A stretch of DNA of 64,000 nucleotides from a virus: the IMG/VR virus record IMGVR_UViG_3300025617_000013, positions 23,664 to 87,663 of that record; one strand, written 5' to 3'. Shown piece after piece: positions 11,136 through 19,770 of the stretch (the stretch's first letter is position 1; each line of letters begins with the position of its first letter). The notes beneath the pieces were generated by a model. That model ran no database searches. It was not told the origin of the DNA and was given only the letters and a program-made list of their open reading frames with translations. The position numbers were made by a program, and so were the translations under genes.

Positions 11136-11720
11136 ATGGGAGTATTATATTTTAATACAGCAGGGAGACCTCATAGCCTCAGTACACTAAAAACTTTTTC
11201 CGCTGCCGCATCTGCTTATTTCTTAGGCAATGGAACTGGGGAAGCAAACATCAGCTTGAGAGACATATCAATCCAAGGGTTCATGCCCAGCGTCACTACA
11301 AATGTAGGCATGGAGAGTACCTTTGCTAGAGGCACCACAACCGTACCAGGTGCCGGTTATAGGCACTTATTAGTAGATGCATCCAATTGTCAAGTAAATA
11401 TAGCTTACCCAAGCAATATGTATAGCACTCTATATAATAGTTCTACCGATACCGCCTTATCATATTCTAGAACTTATATAACTACCTCTGAGACAACCAA
11501 CGGATACGCACTTTACTGTAGAGCTGTAAGTTATACCGACTACCAATATATTCAAATTTCAGCTAATAATTTTAATTATGGATACTCTACAGGTACTTGG
11601 GTATGGTATAATTCCTCAGGTAACTTTGTTACTACAGCAGGTTTCGGATCAACCTTAACTCTATATGTTAATTCATACACAGGCACTGAGTACTACAGAC
11701 TAAGACATGTAGCATCTTAA
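11136..11720 (+). CDS. Hypothetical Thr/Ser/Tyr-rich beta protein, possibly virion-associated
   Basis: 194-aa ORF with composition like the distal domains of the tail proteins. Confidence 0.55.
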   Translation: MGVLYFNTAGRPHSLSTLKTFSAAASAYFLGNGTGEANISLRDISIQGFMPSVTTNVGMESTFARGTTTVPGAGYRHLLVDASNCQVNIAYPSNMYSTLYNSSTDTALSYSRTYITTSETTNGYALYCRAVSYTDYQYIQISANNFNYGYSTGTWVWYNSSGNFVTTAGFGSTLTLYVNSYTGTEYYRLRHVAS

Positions 11721-11723
11721 AAT

Positions 11724-11987
11724 ATGAACAAACCATATACAGAATTCACATTACAAGATTATGTTATTAGAGAATTTTCCTCTAATACAACCGCTTTTGA
11801 GTTTGTTTGGCATAGAGATAAAGAAGATAGAATCGTACAAGCAATGCATAACACAGATTGGAAGTTTCAATTAGACAATAAAACACCAAAGGTATTATCA
11901 GAAAACAAACTATTTATACCAAAGGAAACCTATCACCGTTTAATTAAAGGTACAGGTAATCTAAAAGTTAAAATATACAAATTATGA
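11724..11987 (+). CDS. Small cupin-like protein
   Basis: 'WHRDKEDR' and 'FIPKETYHRLIKG' resemble the two cupin metal-binding motifs. Confidence 0.55.
   Translation: MNKPYTEFTLQDYVIREFSSNTTAFEFVWHRDKEDRIVQAMHNTDWKFQLDNKTPKVLSENKLFIPKETYHRLIKGTGNLKVKIYKL
11911..11918 (+). promoter_or_regulatory. TATTTATA putative late promoter (inside the upstream gene)
   Basis: Exact motif 73 nt upstream of ATG 11984. Confidence 0.4.
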
Positions 11988-12289
11988 AGTTAAGTCAAAT
12001 CATATTAGAATCTAAACCTGATTTTAAAGTTAAAGGTATTAACCTTGGGTATACCGACCGTGGTCGTTTCTATAGTGCTAAACTTTACCCTATAGCACAA
12101 ACTGTTAACTTACCTTTAGGAACAAGAAGACATAAACTTCCTTATCAAGAAGCTGAAAAATATATCAAGGATTTAACAGGAATGGATCTACCAGATAGAT
12201 ACTTACCTGATGTATTAGACGGTATTGTGTCTGCATTAAAGAAGAAAGGTATTTATGCTGATCATGATGATGCAATGGATGTAAGTTAA
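11984..12289 (+). CDS. Hypothetical protein with MKLSQIILE leader
   Basis: 101-aa ORF; the leader is shared with 12295, 14525 and 41297. Confidence 0.65.
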   Translation: MKLSQIILESKPDFKVKGINLGYTDRGRFYSAKLYPIAQTVNLPLGTRRHKLPYQEAEKYIKDLTGMDLPDRYLPDVLDGIVSALKKKGIYADHDDAMDVS

Positions 12290-12294
12290 AATGT

Positions 12295-12723
12295 ATGAGA
12301 CTGTCACATGTCATATTAGGAGAGATACTTTACTACGATCCTGGTTTTGAAAGGGAAGTAGATAAAATAAAAGACCAAGGAGGTAAATACTTAGGCTCTG
12401 GAGACTATGGATCAGCCTACCTACTCAATGGTAGAGTCTATAAAGTTACTACAGACGAAATCGAATTAGAACACGCACAAATTCTTAAAGGTAAAAAGAC
12501 AAATAACTTTGCTGCAATATATGATGTAGAGGTTATTAATCCTAAATTAGGAATTATACAAATGGAGGTTTTAGGAGAATACAAAGGAGAAATACCAGAA
12601 GAATGGGTTGAAGCTGTTAATAGAGAAGCAGAACAACACGGTATAGATCCTGACGAACTAGACATTAGACCTTCTAACATTATGGTGAATCAAAAAAATC
12701 ACCTTAAATTAGTTGACATTTAG
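12295..12723 (+). CDS. Minimal protein-kinase-like fold protein
   Basis: Gly loop LGSGDYG, beta3 Lys (VYKVT), catalytic loop DIRPSNIM and terminal LKLVDI; leader MRLSHVILGE. Confidence 0.65.
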   Translation: MRLSHVILGEILYYDPGFEREVDKIKDQGGKYLGSGDYGSAYLLNGRVYKVTTDEIELEHAQILKGKKTNNFAAIYDVEVINPKLGIIQMEVLGEYKGEIPEEWVEAVNREAEQHGIDPDELDIRPSNIMVNQKNHLKLVDI

Positions 12724-12741
12724 GAATATTTTTCTTATATT
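12713..12741 (+). promoter_or_regulatory. Putative early/middle promoter (TTGACA-17-TATATT)
   Basis: Near-consensus -35/-10 with a 17-nt spacer upstream of the primase. Confidence 0.65.
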
Positions 12742-12769
12742 AAACTAATAACTAGTTACAGAACATAGT

Positions 12770-13693
12770 ATGGATTATACATTCCTACTCGGCTCTATTG
12801 AGAATATATTAGGGAAGTCTCATAAAAGAGCTAGAGCAAACCACGCCTTTCATTGCCCTTTCTGCAATCACAGAAAGCCAAAGTTAGAGATCAACATGGA
12901 GACTAATGAAAAAGGTCATAATCCATGGGAATGCTGGGTTTGCCAGACTAGAGGACGAACAATCAGATCTTTACTAAAGCAGTTAAAAACTCCTAGAGAA
13001 CAAGCAGCCGAAGTCCTCAAATACCTTCCTAAAGGTTCGCAAATAGAGTATAAACAGCTATCTATAGTAGAACTACCAAAGGAATACCAAGAATTATATT
13101 CTGCTTCACCAACATCAGTTATAGCTAATATAGTAAAACAATACCTATATGAACGAGGACTTACCGACAATGATTTTATTAAATACAGTGTTGGATACTG
13201 CACAACTGGAGAATATGGAGGAAGAGTCATTATCCCAAGTTATACTTCATCCGGTACGCTCAACTTTTTTATTGCAAGAACTTTTGACGGAAGCTATTAT
13301 AAGTACAAGAATCCAGAAGCTTCCAAAGACATAATATTTTTTGAGAATCTAATTAACTGGAATGCACCTATTATACTATGTGAAGGAGTATTTGACGCTA
13401 TAGCAATACGTCGAAATGCTATACCGATTTTAGGTAAAAGCATATCTAACGAACTTTATAAAAAGATTATAACAAGCAAAGTAAGAGATATCTACATTGC
13501 TTTAGATAATGATGCTAAAGATAGAGCATTACAAATAGCAGAACAATTTTTAAATAACGGTAAAAGAGTTTTTATAGTTGAGATGGAGGATAAAGATCCT
13601 TCCGAAATGGGTTTTCGAACTTTTACCAAATATATACAATCAGCAGAAGAATTAGATTTATCTCGTCTAATGATGCATAAACTAGATCTATGA
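12770..13693 (+). CDS. DNA primase (zinc finger + Toprim)
   Basis: CPFC...CWVC zinc finger, 'GRVIIP', 'KYKNP', Toprim 'CEGVFDA' and 'ALDND', 'KDPSE'. Confidence 0.9.
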   Translation: MDYTFLLGSIENILGKSHKRARANHAFHCPFCNHRKPKLEINMETNEKGHNPWECWVCQTRGRTIRSLLKQLKTPREQAAEVLKYLPKGSQIEYKQLSIVELPKEYQELYSASPTSVIANIVKQYLYERGLTDNDFIKYSVGYCTTGEYGGRVIIPSYTSSGTLNFFIARTFDGSYYKYKNPEASKDIIFFENLINWNAPIILCEGVFDAIAIRRNAIPILGKSISNELYKKIITSKVRDIYIALDNDAKDRALQIAEQFLNNGKRVFIVEMEDKDPSEMGFRTFTKYIQSAEELDLSRLMMHKLDL

Positions 13694-14472
13694 TCAAACA
13701 AGGAATGAATATTCTCGAACAAAACGAGAAGAAAAGATTAGACTTTCAACCACAGTTGAAACAAATTAATTTTTTAGACAGAAGAGTTTACAAAAGATCG
13801 GAAGGAGTATACTATCCCTCTGTAACTACCATACTCCAATATATGCCCAAGAATAAGTTTTTTGAGTCTTGGCTCAAAGACGTTGGGCATAATGCCGATC
13901 TTATTATGAGAAGAGCAGGTAAACAAGGTACTCAAGTACATGAAGCTTGTGAAAAACTAATCTTAGGAGAAGAGGTTTCTTGGATGGACGATTATGGTAA
14001 TGCTAAATATTCCCAAATAGTATGGGAAATGATTTTAAAGTTCCATGATTTCTGGACCACACATAAACCAGAACTTATTTCTGCCGAAGAATTTGTATGG
14101 TCAGATGAACATAAGTATGCAGGTACAGCTGATATTGTATGTAAAATGAACGGTGAGATTTGGTTATTAGATATTAAGACCTCCAACTCTATCCATAAAT
14201 CTTATGATTTACAGTTAGCTTCTTATGCTAAGGCATTAGGAGAATCTAAAGGAGTTAATATTGAAAGAACTGGTATTATCTGGTTGAAAGCTCAATCTAG
14301 AGGTCCATCTAAACAGAAGAACGTTATTCAAGGTAAAGGATGGAAACTATTACAGATAGATGAAATCGATAAAAACTTTGAACTGTTTCAAATGATTTAT
14401 AAGCTATACAGTTTAGAGAACCCTAATACAGAACCTATTTATAATAGTTATCCAACTACTCTAAAACTATAA
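13690..14472 (+). CDS. PD-(D/E)xK exonuclease (Cas4-like/phage exonuclease)
   Basis: 'YPSVTTIL', 'GTQVH', 'YAGTAD', 'LLDIKTS' and 'QLASYA' motifs. Confidence 0.8.
   Translation: MIKQGMNILEQNEKKRLDFQPQLKQINFLDRRVYKRSEGVYYPSVTTILQYMPKNKFFESWLKDVGHNADLIMRRAGKQGTQVHEACEKLILGEEVSWMDDYGNAKYSQIVWEMILKFHDFWTTHKPELISAEEFVWSDEHKYAGTADIVCKMNGEIWLLDIKTSNSIHKSYDLQLASYAKALGESKGVNIERTGIIWLKAQSRGPSKQKNVIQGKGWKLLQIDEIDKNFELFQMIYKLYSLENPNTEPIYNSYPTTLKL
14436..14443 (+). promoter_or_regulatory. TATTTATA putative late promoter (inside the upstream gene)
   Basis: Exact motif 89 nt upstream of ATG 14525. Confidence 0.4.
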
Positions 14473-14524
14473 GAGCAAAGGTTAAGATTATAGAGTATAG
14501 GGAAAATTAAAATTATAAACAGAT

Positions 14525-15466
14525 ATGATAAAACTATCAGACATAATCTTAGAACAAAACAGTAGGCCAAAAGCTGTAATTATGGCAGGAGGAGCAGGTT
14601 CAGGTAAGACCTACCTACTCAACCAGTTAGGACTAGACAGTCTACTCAATCTCAACCCAGACAAGTACATAGAGGATCCCAACCATCCTTACTATAATAA
14701 ACTAGGTCCAGCAGCCAGCCAAGTAGCCAAAGACGCAGCAGCAGCAGCAGAAGAAGGTACTAGCTTTGTATGGGATACCACTGCATCTGGTGCTAGATTT
14801 GAAAAGCAGCTAGATGACCTGCTTGCAAAAGGATACGATGTATATATGGTAATGGTGTATGCACACCCAATGATATCTTATGTTTCTAATTTTATGGCTA
14901 GAGACAGAAATATACCTGCAGATGCTGTATTCTCTACTTGGAGAAATATCTACCAGAAAATAGAAGATTATAATAGAAAACTTAAAGGTAACTTATCTAT
15001 TTTTGTTTCTGATAGAGGAGGTAAATATAAGAAAGAAATAGAAGGATTCGATACTGCAGCCAAAAGTGGTTTAAGTGGAGTAAAAGACTACTTAGAAAAA
15101 TTTAACGAAAAAAACAGTATTGGAGGTTCGTCTTTCTTTAAACCAGTAGAAATGTCTACTGAAGAAGAAGAGGAGTTTAAAAAAGAAGTAGGAAGTATAG
15201 ACTGGAATAAAGATAATAGATCTGAAGATAAAGCTATAAAAACAGCATTCTTAAAAGCTTACCGAAAAAATGGTGTAGGACCTGGTCAAGATAAACTTAG
15301 AGATGCAGTTAAAAAGTATAGAGTAAGTAGTGAAAAAAGAAAGCAATCTGCTGATGAAGTATTAGATAATATTATCGATATGATATATAATCCTACTTTT
15401 CAAGAAAAACTTAAACACTCTACCCCTAAGGAAATAGATCAAAAAGTACAAACATTCTTAGCATGA
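14525..15466 (+). CDS. P-loop kinase (AAA_33/zeta-toxin/PNK-kinase-like) with MIKLSDIILE leader
   Basis: Walker A 'MAGGAGSGKT', 'NPD', 'FVWDTT' and lid 'RDRNIP'. Confidence 0.75.
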   Translation: MIKLSDIILEQNSRPKAVIMAGGAGSGKTYLLNQLGLDSLLNLNPDKYIEDPNHPYYNKLGPAASQVAKDAAAAAEEGTSFVWDTTASGARFEKQLDDLLAKGYDVYMVMVYAHPMISYVSNFMARDRNIPADAVFSTWRNIYQKIEDYNRKLKGNLSIFVSDRGGKYKKEIEGFDTAAKSGLSGVKDYLEKFNEKNSIGGSSFFKPVEMSTEEEEEFKKEVGSIDWNKDNRSEDKAIKTAFLKAYRKNGVGPGQDKLRDAVKKYRVSSEKRKQSADEVLDNIIDMIYNPTFQEKLKHSTPKEIDQKVQTFLA

Positions 15467-16518
15467 TAGCATTATACCCAGGAGCTTACAAACCACCTCA
15501 TAGAGGACATTTCAACGTAGTAAAATCTTTACTTGACGGTTCATATAATGGTGCTGTATATAATAAAGATAATTATAAAGAAACCGGAGCTGAACTTCTT
15601 AAAGGTAAAAGAGAGAATAAACCTAAGATAAATAAAGTTATTATATTTGTAGGAGGCGGTGAGAGAAACGGTATAACTAAGGAAGAGTCGATGTCTATAT
15701 GGAACATTTACGCTAAGTATTTAGGTAATGTTGAAATTGTAGATGGACAGAAAAATCCAATGTTTGCTGCTAAGGATCACGCACAAGCAAATCCGAAAGA
15801 AGAATTTGTAGCGGTAACAGGGATTAGAGGTGAAAAAGATTTTGTAGATTTAAAAAGAGTTACCACTTTTAAGAATGCACCTAACGTTCAAGGATTAGCT
15901 TTAACAGCAGCACCGGGATCCGGAGTAAGAGCAACAGATTTTAGGAATAATATACTCTCAGGTAATTTAGATAAAATTACCGACTTCTTTCCTGAAGAAT
16001 TATCTAGAGAAGAAATACTTAATATATTAACAGATTTGAAAGACAAGATAGTAGCTGAAATTTTAGCTTCTAATATTGAAGGATTTGTAGAAGGTTATTT
16101 TAAAGAAACTGAAAGTATTGAAGAAGTTATACAAGAACAACAGTCCGGCCCTCAATTAAAAGACTATATTACTTCTTTAACAGAGTATATGTTAGAATTA
16201 GGGATGAATATTACTCCACTACCGGAAGTTAAATTAAGAAGAGATGAAGCCAATGCTGCTAACTTTTTCGGTAGAACAGCATACTATGACCCTAATGCAA
16301 GAGAAGTAGTACTTTATATAACAGGTAGACACGATAAGGATATAGTAAGATCATATGCTCATGAAATGATTCATCATATGCAAAACCTTCAAGGTACCTT
16401 ACACAATATACAAACTCAGGATACTAACGAAGATGATAAGCTTTTAGAATTAGAAAAAGAAGCATATACGTTAGGTAATATTACTTTCCGTAACTGGGAA
16501 GATGGTTTAAAAAACTGA
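15463..16518 (+). CDS. HIGH-family nucleotidyltransferase fused to a zincin-like metallopeptidase domain
   Basis: 'YPGAYKPPHRGH' HxGH motif, 'RATDFR' (KMSKS-equivalent region) and C-terminal HExxH 'AHEMIHHMQ...EKEAY'. Confidence 0.7.
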   Translation: MIALYPGAYKPPHRGHFNVVKSLLDGSYNGAVYNKDNYKETGAELLKGKRENKPKINKVIIFVGGGERNGITKEESMSIWNIYAKYLGNVEIVDGQKNPMFAAKDHAQANPKEEFVAVTGIRGEKDFVDLKRVTTFKNAPNVQGLALTAAPGSGVRATDFRNNILSGNLDKITDFFPEELSREEILNILTDLKDKIVAEILASNIEGFVEGYFKETESIEEVIQEQQSGPQLKDYITSLTEYMLELGMNITPLPEVKLRRDEANAANFFGRTAYYDPNAREVVLYITGRHDKDIVRSYAHEMIHHMQNLQGTLHNIQTQDTNEDDKLLELEKEAYTLGNITFRNWEDGLKN

Positions 16519-16526
16519 TAAAAAAG

Positions 16527-16555
16527 TTGGAAAATTGCATAAAAGTTCGTATATT
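16527..16555 (+). promoter_or_regulatory. Putative early/middle promoter (TTGGAA-17-TATATT)
   Basis: Same architecture as 9692 and 12713; intergenic, upstream of 16588. Confidence 0.55.
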
Positions 16556-16587
16556 AAGTATGTTAATTAACGCTAAATAAAGGTTTT

Positions 16588-17178
16588 ATGAATACAAGTA
16601 TTGTAGATTTATTAGAAGCTTATCCGCTTCCTGAACAAAAAGAAACTCCTCCATATAAGATTTACTGTGATATGGACGGTGTATTAACTGATTTCGAAAA
16701 AAGATTTCATGAAAAACTTAATGAAGTAGGTCCTGATTATTATCCATTAAAAGATATTAAAAAGGTAGTTAAACCTAAAGACTTTGAAGCTATATTTGGT
16801 ATTGAAGAATTTTGGAACTTTATAGACGGTATAGTAGGAATTGGTTTTTGGGTAGGTATGGATTGGATGCCTCAAGGAAAAGCACTATGGAACTTCATCT
16901 CTCCTTACAAACCAGAACTACTTACTTCTCCTTCAAGAGATAATGCTTCTAGATTAGGTAAAAATTTATGGGCTAAAAACCAACTAAGCCCTAAACCAAG
17001 AGTAATTTTCGCCTACTCTAAAGATAAACAGAGATATGCTAATGCTAATAGTATATTAATAGACGACAAAAAATCAAATATTGAACAGTGGATAGCAAAA
17101 GGAGGAATCGCTTTTAGAGTTAAAGACGGTGACATCGGTCCTGTTATTCAAGGACTAAAAGAACTAGGTTATGAATGA
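16588..17178 (+). CDS. HAD-family phosphatase (5'(3')-deoxyribonucleotidase-like)
   Basis: HAD motif I 'IYCDMDGVL', 'LTS', 'K..W' and motif IV 'ILIDDK'. Confidence 0.8.
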   Translation: MNTSIVDLLEAYPLPEQKETPPYKIYCDMDGVLTDFEKRFHEKLNEVGPDYYPLKDIKKVVKPKDFEAIFGIEEFWNFIDGIVGIGFWVGMDWMPQGKALWNFISPYKPELLTSPSRDNASRLGKNLWAKNQLSPKPRVIFAYSKDKQRYANANSILIDDKKSNIEQWIAKGGIAFRVKDGDIGPVIQGLKELGYE

Positions 17179-17746
17179 AAGCGCTCTTAAAAAAGAGTTT
17201 AACAGATCAGATGTAGAGAGGATAAGAAACTTAGTTAATAAGGATTTTACGTCTGGTACTAAATCTCAATCTGGATATAAGAAAACTTCTAAAAGATATA
17301 AAGAAGGTGATGTTTGGGAAGAAGGTGGAAAACAATGGACCATTAAGAACGGCCTTAGACAGAACATTACTAAATTAGATGCAGCTAAAAAAGCAGCACA
17401 AGTACCATTAAAATGCCCTAAATGTAGCGGCTCAATGTCTTACCATCTCAGTAAAAAGATTTATAAGATAAACAAGATGTGTTTTAATTGTTTTATAGAT
17501 TATGAAGCTGAATTAAGAAGAAATGGTCTTTACGAGGATTACTTAATACACGCTAGAAAAGGTAACCTTAAATACTTTATTAAGGAACTAGAAGAAAAGT
17601 TTGCAGAAGCTTTAGAATACGACGATACTTTCGTAACTGAACAAGGTGATATAGAGTCATGGAATACAAATAAAAGTATTAATCGAAATCAGATGACCGA
17701 AAAGTTTAAAGAATATATAAGTTACCTGAGAAGTAAGCTTGATTAG
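17171..17746 (+). CDS. Hypothetical zinc-finger protein
   Basis: CPKC...CFNC motif. Confidence 0.6.
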   Translation: MNESALKKEFNRSDVERIRNLVNKDFTSGTKSQSGYKKTSKRYKEGDVWEEGGKQWTIKNGLRQNITKLDAAKKAAQVPLKCPKCSGSMSYHLSKKIYKINKMCFNCFIDYEAELRRNGLYEDYLIHARKGNLKYFIKELEEKFAEALEYDDTFVTEQGDIESWNTNKSINRNQMTEKFKEYISYLRSKLD

Positions 17747-17750
17747 TATA

Positions 17751-17764
17751 TATTTATATTTATA
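17751..17764 (+). promoter_or_regulatory. Overlapping double TATTTATA putative late promoter
   Basis: Motif at 17751 and 17757, intergenic, upstream of ATG 17790. Confidence 0.6.
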
Positions 17765-17789
17765 TACTACTTTATATTTTTAAAGCCTT

Positions 17790-18149
17790 ATGACACAAAA
17801 AGAACTGCTAGAATCAGTATTATCTGAGCTTGTACATATTAAGAAGCATATGCCAAACGGCGAGCTTAAAGCAATGCTTATAGATGTAAAAGACCTAAAA
17901 GAAGATATGTCTGACCTTAAATTTACACTACTTAACCCAGAAAATGGTGTGATAGTTAAGACAAATCAAAATACTGAATTCAGAAAATTCATGCAAGGAA
18001 ACGAGAAAGAGTTTCAAGCCAAAATGATAGAGTTAGCAGAATTCAAAAGATGGAAAGAAGGAGTAAATAAAGCCCTTTGGATATTATTTACAGTACTTGC
18101 AGGTGTTGTAATTAAACTTTTATCTGAAGTCCTTAAATCAGGAGCATAA
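17790..18149 (+). CDS. Coiled-coil protein with C-terminal transmembrane helix (possibly holin-like)
   Basis: Hydrophobic 'ALWILFTVLAGVVIKLL' near the C-terminus. Confidence 0.5.
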   Translation: MTQKELLESVLSELVHIKKHMPNGELKAMLIDVKDLKEDMSDLKFTLLNPENGVIVKTNQNTEFRKFMQGNEKEFQAKMIELAEFKRWKEGVNKALWILFTVLAGVVIKLLSEVLKSGA

Positions 18150-18703
18150 TGTCAAACACTAAAAAGAAGATACCTGCAGATATACAAGCTTTTATGAGGG
18201 AACTCATACAGGAATCTTTACGTGATTGGTTTAAAAAAGAAAAGTGGGTTAGAATATCGTCATCTGGTAATATAGCAGGTCCTTGCGGAACATCTAAAAA
18301 TAAGAAGAATCCAGATAGATGCTTACCCAAAGCAAAGGCACAGAGTTTAACTAAAGGCCAAAGAGCCGCTACTGCAGCTAAGAAAAAGAAAGCAGGAGCT
18401 AAAGGTAAACAGGTAGTACCGAATACAAAAAAAGGAAAAGTAACAAAAGCATATGTTAGAGAAATGATACATCAAGTTATCATGGAAAAAGATGATAGAT
18501 GTACTCGCATTGCTAAACGTAAATACGATACCTGGCCATCAGCTTATGCTTCAGGAGCAGTAGTTAGATGTAGAAGAGGTGAAATCTGGAAAGGAGTAAA
18601 AGAAGAAACTCTTGATGAAATGAATTGCAAGTACGGTAAGTATTACTGCACAACCGATAAAAAATATAAGTGTAGAAAAGGACCTAAAAAGTCCAAAAAT
18701 TAA
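18149..18703 (+). CDS. Very basic multi-module hypothetical protein; probable head cargo
   Basis: Three Lys/Arg/Cys-rich segments, each preceded by an [ILV]xE site (LIQE, VIME, TLDE). Confidence 0.6.
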   Translation: MSNTKKKIPADIQAFMRELIQESLRDWFKKEKWVRISSSGNIAGPCGTSKNKKNPDRCLPKAKAQSLTKGQRAATAAKKKKAGAKGKQVVPNTKKGKVTKAYVREMIHQVIMEKDDRCTRIAKRKYDTWPSAYASGAVVRCRRGEIWKGVKEETLDEMNCKYGKYYCTTDKKYKCRKGPKKSKN

Positions 18704-18711
18704 ATAAAGAA

Positions 18712-18909
18712 ATGCCCGTAAAACTAAAACCCAGCATTAAGCAGTACTTAAAAGATAAAAATGGTAAACAGACTAGTACCTGGGTGTGGGTACATTATAC
18801 GGTGAAAAATACACCTACAGTTGAGTTGAAAAAGTATTATGAAAATCCATCTTTTTCAAGAAAAAAACAAGTAATTAAAAGAGAATTAGAAAGAAGAAAT
18901 GCCATTTAA
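18712..18909 (+). CDS. Small basic hypothetical protein
   Basis: 65-aa ORF in a tightly packed operon. Confidence 0.55.
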   Translation: MPVKLKPSIKQYLKDKNGKQTSTWVWVHYTVKNTPTVELKKYYENPSFSRKKQVIKRELERRNAI

Positions 18910-19105
18910 AAAGTCACAATTAAGAGAGTTAGTATTAGAAGTTATGTACGAAGGAGTACATGACCCTGTTAAACCTGGCATTCTTAAAAAAAGACTCGGC
19001 AAACTTTCTTGCTCAAAAGTAAGATCAGCTAAATCTGGTCTCAAGAATAAAGGAACGCATTATGCTAAAGCGTTACAACGTTATTTAAATTATCATTGTC
19101 AATGA
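18899..19105 (+). CDS. Small basic protein with 'KKSQLRELVLEVMYE' leader
   Basis: Leader similar to 32353 (MKRSELVNLVKEV). Confidence 0.55.
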   Translation: MPFKKSQLRELVLEVMYEGVHDPVKPGILKKRLGKLSCSKVRSAKSGLKNKGTHYAKALQRYLNYHCQ

Positions 19106-19731
19106 AATTAACCAACAATAAGTTACACAGAAATGCATATTTTTTAGATCCCACAGAAGAGATAGAGACTCTAAAAAATCCAAAGAGTGTAGACTTATTT
19201 GATCAAAACGGTTACCATTTGACAAAAGCAGAACAAGCTTTCTTAACTTACAACGGATATACCCCTATTGAAAGAAGACATGAAGATTGTCTAAGATACG
19301 ATTGGCTAACTTGGGATAAGAGAGAAGGTGCACATATTAATCATTCTGATTTATTCGAAAGAAAAGGATTCTACTCAACAGCTCTAGAACAAATTACAGC
19401 CATCGCTGAAGAATTTAATCCTATGTTATGGAAATTAGTTAAAATGAAACCTAAATGGGGAATAGATATTTCTATAGATTACACTTCTAAGGATGCTGTA
19501 TTTGAAGTATTTCACTACGAATGGGATTCTTTTGACTTCTGTAAAGTTATGGAAAAAAAACAAGAGATCGAACAATTTGTTTTAAATCAAGATTGGGATG
19601 ATGTAGCAAAAAAACTATGGAAGAAAAGAAATCAATGGTATGATTTAAATTTCTTTGAACAAACACAATGGAGAACAGATTATTTTGGATTATCCCCTGA
19701 AAAGTTTAAAAACGTTATTTGGGAAGATTAA
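19102..19731 (+). CDS. Hypothetical protein
   Basis: ORF track starts at TTG 19096; ATG 19102, which overlaps the upstream stop, is the more likely start. Confidence 0.6.
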   Translation: MKLTNNKLHRNAYFLDPTEEIETLKNPKSVDLFDQNGYHLTKAEQAFLTYNGYTPIERRHEDCLRYDWLTWDKREGAHINHSDLFERKGFYSTALEQITAIAEEFNPMLWKLVKMKPKWGIDISIDYTSKDAVFEVFHYEWDSFDFCKVMEKKQEIEQFVLNQDWDDVAKKLWKKRNQWYDLNFFEQTQWRTDYFGLSPEKFKNVIWED

Positions 19732-19737
19732 TCTATT

Positions 19738-19745
19738 TATTTATA
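19738..19745 (+). promoter_or_regulatory. TATTTATA putative late promoter
   Basis: Intergenic, 33 nt upstream of ATG 19771. Confidence 0.6.
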
Positions 19746-19770
19746 TAGCTATACAATAAAACACACTACG

